Source of the DNA: Verrucomicrobiota bacterium
GTDB lineage: Bacteria > Verrucomicrobiota > Verrucomicrobiia > Opitutales > Cerasicoccaceae
Reading direction: 5' to 3'
DNA: 64,000 nt
Assembly: GCA_039818205.1 (NCBI GenBank)
Contig: JBCBUK010000009.1
Span: forward strand, 1-64,000
The notes beneath the pieces are model-generated. The model was given only the letters and a program-made list of their open reading frames with translations. It searched no databases and was not told the origin of the DNA. Below, one piece after another: positions 36,745 through 49,888 of this stretch. The translations under genes and the position numbers were made by a program. Position 1 is the first letter of the stretch. Each line of letters begins with the position of its first letter.

Positions 36745-36812
36745 GGTGTGTGTTCTAGGCGTTCTGCGGTGTGATTGCACGCCTAATCAATCGGGGCCTA
36801 AATAGGGAATTC

Positions 36813-37247
36813 TCAGCCGTCGACCTTGGATGTCTGGTTCAGGCAATGTTGGGCAAAGGCCTGGATTTTTTTCCAGACATTGGAAAGACCATTACGGCGG
36901 TTGGGCGTCAGGTGCTGCGTGATTCCGACTTCGGCAAGAAATTCGGGCTCGACCGCGAGGATGTCCTCCGGCGGGAATCCACTATACAGTTCGGTTAATA
37001 GCCCCGCGATTCCTTTGGTAATGACTGCATCGGAATCGGTCGAAAACTGGCAGAGGCCGTTCTCGAAGCGGGGGACCAGCCAGAGTTGGGACTGGCAGCC
37101 TTCGATGCGGAAGGCTTCGACTTTGAATTCGTCGGTAAGGCCGGGCAGATTGCGCGCATTATCGATAATGTAGGCAAAACGTTCCTGCGGATCCTCAATG
37201 ATCGACAGGTCCTCGACTAGTTCATCACGTTTTTCCGTCAGTGTCAT
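36813..37247 (-). CDS. sufE: SufE-family Fe-S assembly sulfur acceptor
   Basis: GCQSQLW, DSDAVITKG, LTPNRRNGL. Confidence 0.9.
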   Translation of the reverse strand: MTLTEKRDELVEDLSIIEDPQERFAYIIDNARNLPGLTDEFKVEAFRIEGCQSQLWLVPRFENGLCQFSTDSDAVITKGIAGLLTELYSGFPPEDILAVEPEFLAEVGITQHLTPNRRNGLSNVWKKIQAFAQHCLNQTSKVDG

Positions 37248-37319
37248 AAAATTCCAACCAATTGATTATTTTGCACACAGTTCGACATCCGGTGCAAAAA
37301 GAGACAAATTACCGGTAAG

Positions 37320-37898
37320 CTAGCACCACTCAGGTGGATTTTGCAATTCAGGACGCAAAACGCCGATACAGGGAAGGTTGCGATAGCGTTCAGCAAAATC
37401 TAGGCCATAGCCGACGACAAACGCCTGCGGGATTTTGAACCCGCTGTAATGCGCTTTATAGGTTTTGTTGCGGCGCCCTTCCTTGTCTAGTAACACGCAG
37501 GTTTGCAGGGAAGCGGGCTGCATCCCTTTAAGGATACCGACCAGCTTCTTAAGCGTGCCACCAGTGTCTAAAATATCATCCACGAGCAATACGTGCTCTC
37601 CCTCAATGTTGAGGCGAATGTTGTCAATGATTTCGGGTTCCGTGACCGGCTGGGTATCATCCTGATATGAAGATACCCGGATGCAATCAAGCCGGGTGTG
37701 CACGTTGAGTTGGCGTAGCAAGTCGGCTACAAAGATGATTGCCCCGTTGGTGACCGCGACAACGACAATCTCCTCGATACCTTGCCCGAGGTAATCCGCA
37801 GTGATGCGTTCGCCAAGTTCGGCAATGCGATCGCGGAGCCTTGTTTCGTCAACGAGGATATCGTCGAGATCTTCTAGCAGGCTGAGGCCGGTCATCAT
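37320..37898 (-). CDS. hpt: Hypoxanthine phosphoribosyltransferase
   Basis: [35 protein letters not shown]. Confidence 0.93.
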   Translation of the reverse strand: MMTGLSLLEDLDDILVDETRLRDRIAELGERITADYLGQGIEEIVVVAVTNGAIIFVADLLRQLNVHTRLDCIRVSSYQDDTQPVTEPEIIDNIRLNIEGEHVLLVDDILDTGGTLKKLVGILKGMQPASLQTCVLLDKEGRRNKTYKAHYSGFKIPQAFVVGYGLDFAERYRNLPCIGVLRPELQNPPEWC

Positions 37899-38614
37899 TT
37901 CGTTTTTTTGGCGTAAGTAGTTGGGAATCGCTTTTTCGCACTTACCAGAGCGTCTTTGATGTCGTCGGATAGGCGAGGAGCACCAGGCAGATCCCGTGCG
38001 ATTAATAGTATATCAATACAGCGTTTTTCCCGTTGTTCAAGAAACCAATGCCCGGCGTAGTAGTAGACGGTGCGCTTGTAATTGTCGTCGTAATTTTCTG
38101 GCCGAGACTCAATGTCTTTTATGAGCCAGTTGAAGTCGGTGTCCGCGACATCACTTCGACCGAGGAAACTGGGACTCCGAGCCGCATTGGCACCGCGGAT
38201 AAGGCGGAGATCTTGATTGTCCGGATTCGCAGTTACCACCTCGTCTAGGATCGTGTAGCCTTCTTCGACATAATCGAGCTTTGAAAAAATGGACGCGTAT
38301 TGGGCCTTCATAACCGTGCAGCTTCCTAGCATGGCCTTCGCCTTAAGGTTAGCTGGCTGATCCTGTAAGATGCTGCGCATGATGGTGATCGCCCGCTCAA
38401 GCGCATCTTCATCTCCGGTAATCGCCTTCTCATTGTAGGCAATCCCAAGATCGTAGCGGATTTCAAGGTCGTCTGGATTCGCTGCGGCTTTCTTTTCTAA
38501 GGCCTCGATACTCACATCTTCGCCGGTCTGCTGGTCAACGGTCTGTTCGGCGAAAACTATCTGGGTGATCAACCATCCAGAAAGGGTTAATGCGAGTAGG
38601 CGAAGTCGAAACAT
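37895..38614 (-). CDS. Secreted TPR-like protein
   Basis: Signal peptide and helical repeats ([27 protein letters not shown]). Confidence 0.7.
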   Translation of the reverse strand: MFRLRLLALTLSGWLITQIVFAEQTVDQQTGEDVSIEALEKKAAANPDDLEIRYDLGIAYNEKAITGDEDALERAITIMRSILQDQPANLKAKAMLGSCTVMKAQYASIFSKLDYVEEGYTILDEVVTANPDNQDLRLIRGANAARSPSFLGRSDVADTDFNWLIKDIESRPENYDDNYKRTVYYYAGHWFLEQREKRCIDILLIARDLPGAPRLSDDIKDALVSAKKRFPTTYAKKTK

Positions 38615-38776
38615 AAAACTAGGGGATCGTGCCGAAGTGGCGTTCAGTGTCAACGAGAAGAATGGTTAACCTGGGTTTGTGAGGTATTAGTATTACCACT
38701 TATCTTAAGGAAATACACTCCCTAATGGGTTCGCTCATCAATTTCCCAAACGCCCGGGATTGATCGAGTGGATAGC

Positions 38777-40705
38777 CTATCGATAAATTGCTAGGAGGTC
38801 GTCTTGGCCGTGCTCGCGGAAATATTCTTCCAGCACCGCCTTGGCGACAGGAGCCGCCGTTGCGCCGCCAGCGTAGCGATCTCCCGGTTTGAGACCTTCG
38901 ACGATTACCGCAATGGCAATCTGAGGATTCTCCACGGGGGCGAAGCCCACAAACCAAGCTAGGGTCAGTTTATCGCCCGGTCGCTTGACCTGGGCAGTGC
39001 CGGTTTTTCCGGCGATTCGAATATCTTCAATCATGGCGTGCCGCCCGGTGCCCGTTGGGCTGATCACGCGTTCCATGCCCTCAAATAGCTTCTCGTATTG
39101 TAGGTCACTGAGGCCGATTGGTTCCCCGCCGTGGTCGATTATCTCGTTGGGCTTTCGCTTGAGAATGGTGACGTCGGTGCGCGTCTCCCGCCGAGCGATT
39201 GATGCGGTGACCGCAGCCATTTGGAGTGGTGTAATCAGGAGGTCACCTTGGCCGATGGCGACATTCGCGGTGTCACCAGGGCGCCAACCGAATCCGCGAA
39301 CATTGCGACTCCATTCCTTGTCGGGGATCAACATCCGGGTGGCTTCATAGGGAAGTTCGATTCCCGTTTGCTCATCGAGCCCAAATCGGCGCGCTTCTGC
39401 GGAAATGTTGGCGATTGTTGTCCGAATGCCCATGTCGTAGAAATAGACGTTTGAGCTCTTCTCGATCGCTTTGGCCAAATCAATATCGTGGTAGGGCCCG
39501 CCGGTGTGCTCAGGAAACAGGCGATTGCCGACGCGGAAATATTGGCCGCCGGTGACTTGTTCCTCGGGATCGATCGTGCCTGCGCGCATGCCGGCAATTG
39601 CCGAAATCAGCTTAAATGTTGACCCGGGCGGGTAGAGGCCCTTCGTCGCACGATTCAGCCAAGCGCCACGATCGGTAATGTCTTTGGCGACTCCATGAGT
39701 CAGGTGCGGACTAAAATCATTCAGGTCGTAGGCTGGTTTGCTGGCAAGGACAAGCACTTCTCCGGTATCAACCTTGATCGCGACAACGGCTCCAGTGCGG
39801 TCCCCCAAAGCCTTCTCGGCTGCCAGTTGCAGGTCGATGTCCAGGCTCGTATGAACATGGCCACCCTGTTCGGCGTTCAGCTGGGCAATCGGTTCGCCAT
39901 ATTGGTATTGGAAATTATCGACGACGTGAACCTCGCCGCCACTCTGTCCCTGCAAGACCTCGTCATATTGCTTTTCGACGCCGTTGATGCCAACTTCTCC
40001 TTTGTAACTGTAGGTGCGCAGGTTTTCCCCGGGTAGGTCAGCGGGCGGTACTTGCCAGCTGCCACGCACGTAACCCAGGGTGTGGGCAGCGGCATCCTGA
40101 TGCGGATAGTCGCGAGCGGTATCCGTGTAGATGCCGATTTTTGAGCCGAGCGGCAGCTGTTCAATCAGGCGGGCGTAGTCGGCTTGAGGCAGGTCGCTGA
40201 CCAGCTCGAAAGGCATTAACAAGCGTTCGCCGAAGTGGCGGCGAATGTCCCGGCGACTCAACTTGTGGTCGGTCCCAAGGATGTAATTTATCTCGTCCAG
40301 ATAGCGATTGAGCACGTTTTCCCGCGCTTGCCAGAGGGTTTCCTCCCAATCAAAGGTAAAGGGCTCATCCGTTTCTGAAAGCTCATGGTTTTCCTGGAGA
40401 GATCGTTTGATTGAATAGTATTCCTTCTGAAACTCCTTTCGCAGCTCTTCAAGGTAAACGACAGCCGAAAAGCGGGGCCGATTACCGACTAGCAGTTTGC
40501 CTGAAATGTCGTATATATTTCCGCGCGGTCCTGGTTGGATTACTCGTCGTTGGCTTTGTCGCAACTCCCGTTCCCGATATTCGGTATGCATTAAGAGTTG
40601 CCGCCAGGCCAAGCCGGAGCCAAGCACCAGAAACAGAATGCTGAAAACGACATAAAATACCCCGAGTCGCGGGTTACTTTGCCGATAGTGATGGACAACT
40701 TGCAC
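38777..40705 (-). CDS. mrdA: Penicillin-binding protein 2 (class B)
   Basis: N-terminal TM, PRGNIYD, GINGVEKQYD, SxxK (GSTFK), SSN, KTGTAQ. Confidence 0.9.
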   Translation of the reverse strand: MQVVHHYRQSNPRLGVFYVVFSILFLVLGSGLAWRQLLMHTEYRERELRQSQRRVIQPGPRGNIYDISGKLLVGNRPRFSAVVYLEELRKEFQKEYYSIKRSLQENHELSETDEPFTFDWEETLWQARENVLNRYLDEINYILGTDHKLSRRDIRRHFGERLLMPFELVSDLPQADYARLIEQLPLGSKIGIYTDTARDYPHQDAAAHTLGYVRGSWQVPPADLPGENLRTYSYKGEVGINGVEKQYDEVLQGQSGGEVHVVDNFQYQYGEPIAQLNAEQGGHVHTSLDIDLQLAAEKALGDRTGAVVAIKVDTGEVLVLASKPAYDLNDFSPHLTHGVAKDITDRGAWLNRATKGLYPPGSTFKLISAIAGMRAGTIDPEEQVTGGQYFRVGNRLFPEHTGGPYHDIDLAKAIEKSSNVYFYDMGIRTTIANISAEARRFGLDEQTGIELPYEATRMLIPDKEWSRNVRGFGWRPGDTANVAIGQGDLLITPLQMAAVTASIARRETRTDVTILKRKPNEIIDHGGEPIGLSDLQYEKLFEGMERVISPTGTGRHAMIEDIRIAGKTGTAQVKRPGDKLTLAWFVGFAPVENPQIAIAVIVEGLKPGDRYAGGATAAPVAKAVLEEYFREHGQDDLLAIYR

Positions 40706-40991
40706 GTTTACGTTCGGAACCTAAATTTCTCCCTTTTAAAGACAATCAATTCTCGCTCACGTTCAATTCTATATTCCTTTGGAGTAGATTCAAATGGCCT
40801 CAGTGGTAGAGTGGGGCGGTGAAAATGAAAATATTTTTTTATGGAGTCAGTTTTATAAGTATATGATTGGCAGTTGATTGTGGTTTAAGGGTTGGCTTCT
40901 TGAAACGTCTTAAAATCCGATTTCGCCAGTGCTTGCCTGGTGCCTAGCGGGAGCCGAACTGGTGTTTTGCGAACTTTTTAGCGAATTGAGG

Positions 40992-41007
40992 TGCTCAAAT
41001 TTGGGCA
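40992..41007. promoter_or_regulatory. Candidate enhancer-binding-protein (NtrC-like) site
   Basis: Near-palindrome TGCTCAAATTTGGGCA ~170 bp upstream of the sigma54-type box; spacing is one base shorter than the enteric NtrC consensus. Confidence 0.4.
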
Positions 41008-41175
41008 ATAACCGAATCTCAGGTTAAAAAGACCCATGAGAGTGGTTCATGTCTTAGTTGATCTGGGGTGCAAGCCCCTCATGTTCAGATTTTATGGGAG
41101 CTGCGCGTGATATGAATGCTATTCATGTAAAACATGAGATTAATATCGCGGTGATAATTGATCATTCGATCGGGT

Positions 41176-41191
41176 TGGCATGGCTGGTGCA
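41176..41191 (+). promoter_or_regulatory. sigma54 (-24/-12) promoter of the nitrate assimilation operon
   Basis: TGGCATGGCTGGTGCA has GG-N10-GC spacing and lies 46 bp upstream of the nrtA ATG. Confidence 0.75.
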
Positions 41192-41237
41192 ATAAGGGGC
41201 GCAATTCACACTGAATTTATACCCAAACACGACACAC

Positions 41238-42599
<1,362 letters not shown>

Positions 42600-42625
42600 T
42601 TATTTAAGTCCTCAAAACGTCCTGA

Positions 42626-42655
42626 GCCCGGTGGCAATGTCCACTGCCACCGGGC
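42626..42655 (+). other. Intergenic stem-loop after nrtA (probable mRNA-stabilising hairpin)
   Basis: GCCCGGTGGCA-8 nt-TGCCACCGGGC: perfect 11-bp stem with no U-tract. Confidence 0.65.
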
Positions 42656-42716
42656 CACGGGATTCACTCACAAAGTCACTCACGTGAATTTCTCACACAA
42701 ACGCTGACCGTTTTTC

Positions 42717-44279
42717 ATGAAATTCAAAATTCTTAAAGCACTCGACGTCGCTGGCCTACAAGTATTCGATCCTGTAGTCCGTTTGGTATGCGGCGAAAAT
42801 CCAAAAGAACAACTGCGCAAGATCCTGTTGTTCATTGGCGTGCCCATCGTAACGTTCCTGGTCTTCCTGGGCCTCTGGAGCTACATGGCACCACGACACA
42901 CCACCAAGGCCGGTGAGGTTCCAACTCCTGGAGTTGTGCTCGACGCCGCGGATGGTATCTGGACGTTTCACGTCCGTGAAAATCAAAAGGCACAAGACTT
43001 TCTCCTTGATGGCGGAAATCGCGAAAGCGAGCTCGCTAGCGTAGAAGCGCGCATCATGGAACTCGAGCCACTTGCGGCCGCAGCGCGCGAGCAGATGGAG
43101 ACGTTGGAAAGCGAATCCAAGGCAAAGATTGACGAGCAAGTTGGTCCCCTTCAAGCCGAATACAAAGAGCTGCGCACCAAGTCCAGAGAAGATGGCAAAA
43201 CCCGTGAGGCGGCATTGATCGCCGAGGCAGATAGTCTTCCGGTTGGTAATGCTGCTGCTCGCGAGGCCTTCCTAACGAAGGTAGCTGAACACGCTGAGAA
43301 GTCCGCTGCTGACAAAGAAGCGATGCGCGATTTTAAGGCCAAGATTGAAGCAGCCTACACCGAAAAGTTTCCTGAACTCGAAAAGGTTCGGGGTGAGTAC
43401 AACACTTACGAAGAAGAACTGCAGTATCTGAGCAAGCGTTTGGACTACCTGACGGGAGACAACCAATCGCTCAAGATTTCTGACCAAGAGCTCAAGCTCG
43501 ACGAACTTCAGGCGGCTTTCCTTGGCGCCGAAGGTGGCAAGGCTACCTTGAAGGCGGCTGAAAAGGTCGTGAAGCAAAAGGAAGCGATCAACCGTATTGC
43601 GGATAGTGAATACTCCCGCCCTTGGACCTTCCCGCGCCAGATTGCTCGTAGTGTTTGGTGTGTATTTGTTGGCTTCTTTATCGGGTCTGCAATCGCAATT
43701 CCACTGGGCGTTCTCTGCGGCCTAAGCCGTGTGATTATGGCAGCGTTGACTCCTCTGATCGCCTTGTTCAAGCCGGTTTCACCAATCGTTTGGCTGCCTA
43801 TCGTTTTCATTATTGTCGGTGGGTTTATCTCCGACCCGGAGAAAGCTGTGGTTCACCCGGCGTTCCTTTCTTCGGCGATCACGGTTGCACTCTGTTCGCT
43901 CTGGCCAACCTTGGTTAACACGGCATTGGGTGTGGCTTCGGTTGAGAAGGACCACGTGAATGTTGCACGGGTTTTGCGCCTCGGCTTCTTTAGTCGTCTG
44001 TTCAAGATCGTATTGCCATCGGCGTTGCCGCTGATCTTTGCCGGTCTTCGTATTTCGCTCGGTGTTGGCTGGATGGTTCTCATCGCTGCTGAGCTGCTCT
44101 CCTCCAGCGAGGGTATTGGTAAATTCGTCTGGGATATGTTCAATAACGGTTCTTCTCAGACCTTCGCTCAGATGTTCGTCGTTGTGTTCGTCGTGGGTGC
44201 TGTCGGCCTTTTGCTCGACCGTATCATGATCGTCCTGCAGCGTTCGGTATCCTTTGATGGTGCGCCGACTGCGATCTAA
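42717..44279 (+). CDS. nrtB: Nitrate ABC transporter permease with a large coiled-coil insertion
   Basis: FKPVSPIVWLP, LWPTLVNTALG, GLRISLGVGWMVLIAAE, GIGKFVWD. Confidence 0.9.
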   Translation: MKFKILKALDVAGLQVFDPVVRLVCGENPKEQLRKILLFIGVPIVTFLVFLGLWSYMAPRHTTKAGEVPTPGVVLDAADGIWTFHVRENQKAQDFLLDGGNRESELASVEARIMELEPLAAAAREQMETLESESKAKIDEQVGPLQAEYKELRTKSREDGKTREAALIAEADSLPVGNAAAREAFLTKVAEHAEKSAADKEAMRDFKAKIEAAYTEKFPELEKVRGEYNTYEEELQYLSKRLDYLTGDNQSLKISDQELKLDELQAAFLGAEGGKATLKAAEKVVKQKEAINRIADSEYSRPWTFPRQIARSVWCVFVGFFIGSAIAIPLGVLCGLSRVIMAALTPLIALFKPVSPIVWLPIVFIIVGGFISDPEKAVVHPAFLSSAITVALCSLWPTLVNTALGVASVEKDHVNVARVLRLGFFSRLFKIVLPSALPLIFAGLRISLGVGWMVLIAAELLSSSEGIGKFVWDMFNNGSSQTFAQMFVVVFVVGAVGLLLDRIMIVLQRSVSFDGAPTAI

Positions 44280-44315
44280 TCTGCTCACTGAAGTAACTTT
44301 AGCCTAATTTTTGTC

Positions 44316-45161
44316 ATGCCTTTCCTGGAAATGGAAAATGTCAGCGTGGGCTTCGGTCCTGAGGGAACTCGGACCGAAGTCTTACACGACGTCAATCTCA
44401 CCGTTGAGGAGAATGAGTTCATTGCGATTGTCGGTTTCTCCGGTAGCGGTAAAAGCACTCTGGTATCTTTGCTTTCAGGCCTTCTGAACCCAGACAAGGG
44501 GGAAGTCCGCCTGAAGGGTAAGAAGGTCACGAAGCCAGGCCCGCACCTTGGAATCGTTTTTCAAAACTATTCTTTGCTCCCTTGGTTGTCAGTTTACGGC
44601 AACATCGAGCTTGCGGTGAATCAGGTGTTTACAGACTTCTCGAGAGCTCAACGTAAGGAACACATCGAGCGCTACATTGAGATGGTCAGCTTGACACCCG
44701 CTCGCGACAAGAAGCCTAGCGAATTGTCCGGTGGTATGCGCCAACGGGTATCGTTGGCTCGGACCCTCTCCATGCAGCCGGAAGTTATGTTGATGGACGA
44801 GCCCCTGAGTGCATTGGACGCCCTGACCCGCGCCAACCTCCAAGACGAGTTGATTCGTATTTGGGAAGAGGACAAACGGACGGTTGTTCTGATTACCAAC
44901 GATGTTGACGAGGCCGTTCTCTTGGCTGACCGCATTGTTCCGCTCACGATGGGACCGAAGGCAACTTTGGCGGATGATTTCGAAGTGACGCTGCCACGGC
45001 CCCGTGATCGCACCACGTTGAACACCGATCAGCGTTTCAAGAAATTGCGCAACGAAATCATTCACTTTATGACTTCGATGAACAAGGAAGCAAAGATGCT
45101 TCGCGTCGACCAAGGCCTGGCTATGCCAGACATTAAGCCGGTCGATTTCACCGCCGCTTAA
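44316..45161 (+). CDS. nrtC: Nitrate ABC transporter ATP-binding protein
   Basis: [31 protein letters not shown]-loop reads TND. Confidence 0.88.
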   Translation: MPFLEMENVSVGFGPEGTRTEVLHDVNLTVEENEFIAIVGFSGSGKSTLVSLLSGLLNPDKGEVRLKGKKVTKPGPHLGIVFQNYSLLPWLSVYGNIELAVNQVFTDFSRAQRKEHIERYIEMVSLTPARDKKPSELSGGMRQRVSLARTLSMQPEVMLMDEPLSALDALTRANLQDELIRIWEEDKRTVVLITNDVDEAVLLADRIVPLTMGPKATLADDFEVTLPRPRDRTTLNTDQRFKKLRNEIIHFMTSMNKEAKMLRVDQGLAMPDIKPVDFTAA

Positions 45162-45203
45162 TGACTCAGTTTAACTTACCTCAATCATCAACGCTGACAT
45201 ACT

Positions 45204-46076
45204 ATGATTGAAAACAGATACGTAGAAATTTTTGACCTCGTCAAAGCCTATCCAAATCCCTTTGGCGAACCTGTAAACGTCGTTGAAGACTTCAACCTGA
45301 CGATTAAGAAAGGCGAAGTCATTGGCGTCATTGGACACTCCGGTTGCGGAAAGTCCACGGTGCTGACCATGGTTGCTGGACTTAACGAAATCACCTCTGG
45401 TGGTATCGTCGTCGCAGGCCATGAAATTGACGGCCCCGGGCCGGACCGTGCGGTTGTGTTCCAATCGCCGTGTTTGCTGCCTTGGATGACCGCCTACCAA
45501 AACGTCATGATGGGCGTTAAGCAGGTTTACCCGCATGCTTCCAAGCAGCAGCGCCGCGTGGTCGTTGAGTATTCACTCAGCGTTGTTGGCTTGGCCGATG
45601 CGATGAACAAGTATCCGCGCGAACTCTCCGGCGGTATGCAACAGCGCGTCGGTATCGCCCGAGCGATTGCATTGAAGCCAAAGGTTCTCCTGCTTGATGA
45701 GCCGTTTGGTCGCTTGGACTCGCTGACCCGAATGGAGCTGCAGGACGTGATCCTTGGCATCCTCGACCGCGAGCACATTACGACGATGATCATCACGCAC
45801 GATCCCGATGAGGCGATCTTCATGTCCGACCGGATTTGCATGATGACCAATGGACCCAAGGCACGGGTTGGGCAGATAATGCCGATTGATTTTGAGCGTC
45901 CCCGCGAGCGTGAGGCGATTATGGAAACCGACAAGTTCTACGCCTATCGTCAGCGCCTCTTGCAGTTCCTCGATGACTGTGAGGCGGAGAAGCACGGAGG
46001 CGGTCCAATTCGTTGGGATCCAGAGCCCGAAGCCACCGCCGATTCGGCTGAAGAGCCAGAGTCCAGTGTTGTCTAA
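45204..46076 (+). CDS. nrtD: Nitrate ABC transporter ATP-binding protein
   Basis: [33 protein letters not shown]. Confidence 0.88.
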   Translation: MIENRYVEIFDLVKAYPNPFGEPVNVVEDFNLTIKKGEVIGVIGHSGCGKSTVLTMVAGLNEITSGGIVVAGHEIDGPGPDRAVVFQSPCLLPWMTAYQNVMMGVKQVYPHASKQQRRVVVEYSLSVVGLADAMNKYPRELSGGMQQRVGIARAIALKPKVLLLDEPFGRLDSLTRMELQDVILGILDREHITTMIITHDPDEAIFMSDRICMMTNGPKARVGQIMPIDFERPREREAIMETDKFYAYRQRLLQFLDDCEAEKHGGGPIRWDPEPEATADSAEEPESSVV

Positions 46077-46098
46077 TCGCCTGCGTTAAACCACTTGA

Positions 46099-47655
46099 AT
46101 GATATCGGAACTCCAGTCGCCGATCGATGATGAAACCCCGATCGATCGGTTGTTACGTGAACAAAACCGCCTGCAAACACCCGTCGCAAAGTTCTCTGAG
46201 AAGTTTGATTCGGGTGAGGCCGATGCGAATTTTCGAGAACTAATTCCGCTCGAGAATCCCAAGCCTGGTGAACAGTTTGCGTTCGAGGTCGATCTTGACC
46301 GTTGCACGGGTTGTAAAGCTTGCGTGGCCGGATGTCACAGCCTCAATGGTCTCGAAGAGAATGAGACTTGGCGAGATGTCGGGCTGATCCAGGGGCTGTC
46401 GAACGGGAAAGGCTATCAGCAGACAGTTACCACGGCTTGCCACCACTGCGTGGATGCCGGTTGTCTCAATGGATGCCCCGTGAACGCCTATGAGAAGGAT
46501 CCCGTGACCGGGATTGTTCTGCACCTGGATGATCAGTGCATTGGTTGTCAGTATTGCGTTCTTAAGTGCCCTTATGATGTTCCAAAATACAGCGAGCGTC
46601 TGGGCATAGTCCGAAAGTGCGATATGTGCTACAGCCGTCTGTCCGTCGGTGAGGCACCGGCTTGTGTTCAGTCCTGCCCGACCGAGGCGATTCGTATCGT
46701 TACCGTCGACAAAGAATCGTTGACTAAAGAATCGGTTGACCCATCGAAGCCCGCATTTTTACCAGCAGCACCGCATCAGTCTTATACACTGCCCACGACC
46801 AGCTACGTGTCGGATCGCGACGTTCCAGCCGATGCGAAAGCAGGTGACGAAACCGTATTGCGGCCTCAACATCCGCACTGGCCGTTGATTATCATGCTCA
46901 CGCTGACTCAGGCATCGGTTGGTGTCACGGGGGCAGCGGTAGCGTGGTCTGGCTTTGGTGTCGGTTTGTTTGTCGCCTCTTCTCTGCTTGCTGGGGTTGG
47001 CCTTGCTGCCAGCGTATTGCACCTTGGCCAACCGCTTAGGGCTTGGCGGGTGTTCTTGGGACTGACCCACTCTTGGCTTAGCCGTGAGATCGTTGTTTTT
47101 GGTGCGTTTGCGCCGATGCTGTTTCTATTGACTGGGCTTCAATTTACCACTTTGCAGGACAAAGTTCCCGGTGCATTTGGTTGGCTGGCTTTCTTGGTTG
47201 GATTGACTGGCGTATTTACCTCGGTGATGATCTACGCCGATACCCAACGAGCCTTCTGGAAGTTTGAACGCTCGGCATTACGTTTCTTTGGCACGACTTT
47301 AATTGCCATGGGCGCTGGAGGATGGATCGTCAGTGGCCATATTTCGGCCGCGCTCTGGTTGGTAGCTGGCGTGCTGGCGAAATTCTGTCTAGACGCACTC
47401 GGATGGTTGGATGCCCTGGATAACGAGTTCACGCCTGACAAGCATTCCGCGTTAATTCAACTGACTCGCGAACCGGAAGTCGTCGTTGTGCGTTGGCTGC
47501 TATCATTCATCGGTGCAGCGATGGTTCTTTTTATTCCAACAATACCGTACGCTTTGGGTGGAGCTGTTCTTTTGTTAGGTGGCGAAATCGCTGAGCGCTA
47601 CTTATTTTTCCGTGCAGTTGCTGCATCCAAGATGCCAGGAGGTATTCGAGCATGA
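46099..47655 (+). CDS. Fused 4Fe-4S (DmsB-like) and membrane anchor (DmsC-like) molybdoenzyme subunit
   Basis: [50 protein letters not shown]; then [33 protein letters not shown] and ~8 TM segments. Confidence 0.88.
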   Translation: MISELQSPIDDETPIDRLLREQNRLQTPVAKFSEKFDSGEADANFRELIPLENPKPGEQFAFEVDLDRCTGCKACVAGCHSLNGLEENETWRDVGLIQGLSNGKGYQQTVTTACHHCVDAGCLNGCPVNAYEKDPVTGIVLHLDDQCIGCQYCVLKCPYDVPKYSERLGIVRKCDMCYSRLSVGEAPACVQSCPTEAIRIVTVDKESLTKESVDPSKPAFLPAAPHQSYTLPTTSYVSDRDVPADAKAGDETVLRPQHPHWPLIIMLTLTQASVGVTGAAVAWSGFGVGLFVASSLLAGVGLAASVLHLGQPLRAWRVFLGLTHSWLSREIVVFGAFAPMLFLLTGLQFTTLQDKVPGAFGWLAFLVGLTGVFTSVMIYADTQRAFWKFERSALRFFGTTLIAMGAGGWIVSGHISAALWLVAGVLAKFCLDALGWLDALDNEFTPDKHSALIQLTREPEVVVVRWLLSFIGAAMVLFIPTIPYALGGAVLLLGGEIAERYLFFRAVAASKMPGGIRA

Positions 47656-49874
47656 AGATACACATTGGACCCAAGCCACAAAACACACCTTTGCGTCAAT
47701 GGGATGGCCCGATGACGCGCGAGCTCGTGCAGCGACCGGGCGAGTTCGGCTTGGGAAGTGTACCGGAGGTCAAGGCTCCAGATGCAACCACCGAGAGTGT
47801 CTGCGGATACTGCGCGACGGGTTGTTCGCTTAAGGTGCACTTAAAGGATGACGTCGCAATTAATCTATCTGCCGACAAGAGCTATCCGGTTAACATCGGT
47901 ATGGCTTGCCCCAAGGGTTGGGAATCACTGGCACCACTGGCTGCCACCGATCGCGCAACAACACCTCTGCTCAGAAATAGCGCTGGCGAACTGGAGCCAG
48001 TGAGTTGGGAGGTTGCGCTCAAAGAAATGGTGAGCCGCTTTGGAAAAATCAAGGACGAAGCCGGAGGCGAGTCACTGTCCTGGTTGAGCACGGGGCAGAT
48101 TCCCAGCGAGGAAATGGCTTTTCTCGGATCCTTGTGCAAGTTTGGTATCGGTATGCTTCACGGCGACGGTAATACGCGCCAGTGCATGGCAACCGCAGTT
48201 GTTGCCTATAAAGGTTCGTTCGGATTTGATGCGCCGCCATACAGTTATGCGGATTTCGAAGAGTCCGATGTCTTGGTTTTCGTTGGCTCCAATCTGTGCA
48301 TAACGCATCCAATCATGTGGCAGCGGGTCATGCGCAATAAGCGGAAGCCCGAAATCGTGGTGATTGATCCCCGCCGCACCGAGACTGCGATGGCGGCAAC
48401 CCGCCATTTACCATTGTCGCCAAAGTCCGACTTGGTGCTCTTCTACGCGGTCGCCCGCTTGCTGATCGAAAATGACTGGCTCGATCATGACTTCATCAAT
48501 GCTTCGACCAACGATTTCGATGATTTTAAGCGCTTCCTGCTCGAGAATGACTTCTCTCTTGAAACCGCGGCGAAACAAACCGGCTTGGAAGAGGATTCGA
48601 TTTTTGATCTAGCTCGTCTGATCGGTAGTGGCAAACGCGTTTCGATTTGGTGGACGATGGGTGTGAACCAAAGTTACGAGGGAACTCGCGTGGCCCAGTC
48701 TTTGATCAACCTCGCGCTCATGACCGGGAATATTGGTAAGCCCGGCTCCGGCGCCAACTCCATTACCGGTCAGTGCAACGCGATGGGGTCGCGGCTTTTT
48801 AGCAACTCCACGAATTTGCTCGGCGGGCACAAGTTTACCAGCGAAGAGCACCGGCAGAAGGTCGCAGGAATCTTAGATATCCCCGTTGATCGCATTCCTC
48901 AGGAGGACTCGTGGTCTTATGACCGAATTCTTGAGGGCGTTGAGCAGGGCAAAATTCGTGGATTGTGGATCGTTGCCACCAATACTGCACACTCCTGGAT
49001 CAATCAGAATCGATGGAATCGTTTGCGGGAGAAGCTTGATTTCCTCGTTGTCCAGGACATGTATCACAGCACGGAGACCGCGCAGATGGCGGACCTCGTT
49101 TTGCCAGCGGCTGGCTGGGGCGAAAAGGAGGGGACCTTCATCAACAGCGAGCGTCGCATTGGTCGCACGCGAAAGGTTAGCCGTTCTCCAGGGCAAGCGC
49201 TGGCAGACTTTCATATTTTCCAGCTAGTCGCCCACTACTGGGGATGCGGGGATATGTTCAAGCGTTGGACGTCTCCCGAAGAAGTCTTTAAACTACTGAC
49301 CGAGTTGACCGAAAACCAGCCATGTGACATCACGGGCATACCCAGCTATGAGAAGCTGGAAGAGTCAGGTGGGATTCAGTGGCCGCTGCCCAGCGGAACG
49401 AACGAGTTTGAGAAAGAACGCCGCTTGTTTGAGGACGGAAAGTTTTTCCATCCAGATCAGCGTGCCCGATTCGTCTATAGTGAACCACAACCGCTCGCGG
49501 AACCGACGGATAAGGAATTTCCGTTTACGCTCCTGACCGGTCGAGGCTCCTCCTCGCAGTGGCACACCCAGACGCGGACCAGTAAGTCCGATGTTTTAAG
49601 AAAGCTTTATCCGGCAAATGTATACGTGGAGATCAACCCAGAAGATGCTCAGCGATTGGGCATAAAGTCGGAAGATCCAATCACGATCCGTTCCCGCCGG
49701 GGATCCATTATTGCTTCTGCCCACCTGACCCCGATTACACCGGTTGGCTCGGTTTTTGCTCCTATGCACTACCGCGAAGTCAACCAGCTGACACTGTCGT
49801 CTTTCGATCCTCATTCAAGGCAGCCTTCTTATAAGGCCTGTGCCGTAGAGATCCGAAAAGCGGATAGATTTTAA
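47652..49874 (+). CDS. nasA: Assimilatory nitrate reductase catalytic subunit (Mo-bisPGD)
   Basis: [68 protein letters not shown]; no Tat signal seen. Confidence 0.9.
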   Translation: MKIHIGPKPQNTPLRQWDGPMTRELVQRPGEFGLGSVPEVKAPDATTESVCGYCATGCSLKVHLKDDVAINLSADKSYPVNIGMACPKGWESLAPLAATDRATTPLLRNSAGELEPVSWEVALKEMVSRFGKIKDEAGGESLSWLSTGQIPSEEMAFLGSLCKFGIGMLHGDGNTRQCMATAVVAYKGSFGFDAPPYSYADFEESDVLVFVGSNLCITHPIMWQRVMRNKRKPEIVVIDPRRTETAMAATRHLPLSPKSDLVLFYAVARLLIENDWLDHDFINASTNDFDDFKRFLLENDFSLETAAKQTGLEEDSIFDLARLIGSGKRVSIWWTMGVNQSYEGTRVAQSLINLALMTGNIGKPGSGANSITGQCNAMGSRLFSNSTNLLGGHKFTSEEHRQKVAGILDIPVDRIPQEDSWSYDRILEGVEQGKIRGLWIVATNTAHSWINQNRWNRLREKLDFLVVQDMYHSTETAQMADLVLPAAGWGEKEGTFINSERRIGRTRKVSRSPGQALADFHIFQLVAHYWGCGDMFKRWTSPEEVFKLLTELTENQPCDITGIPSYEKLEESGGIQWPLPSGTNEFEKERRLFEDGKFFHPDQRARFVYSEPQPLAEPTDKEFPFTLLTGRGSSSQWHTQTRTSKSDVLRKLYPANVYVEINPEDAQRLGIKSEDPITIRSRRGSIIASAHLTPITPVGSVFAPMHYREVNQLTLSSFDPHSRQPSYKACAVEIRKADRF

Positions 49875-49888
49875 ACACGACTGACATT

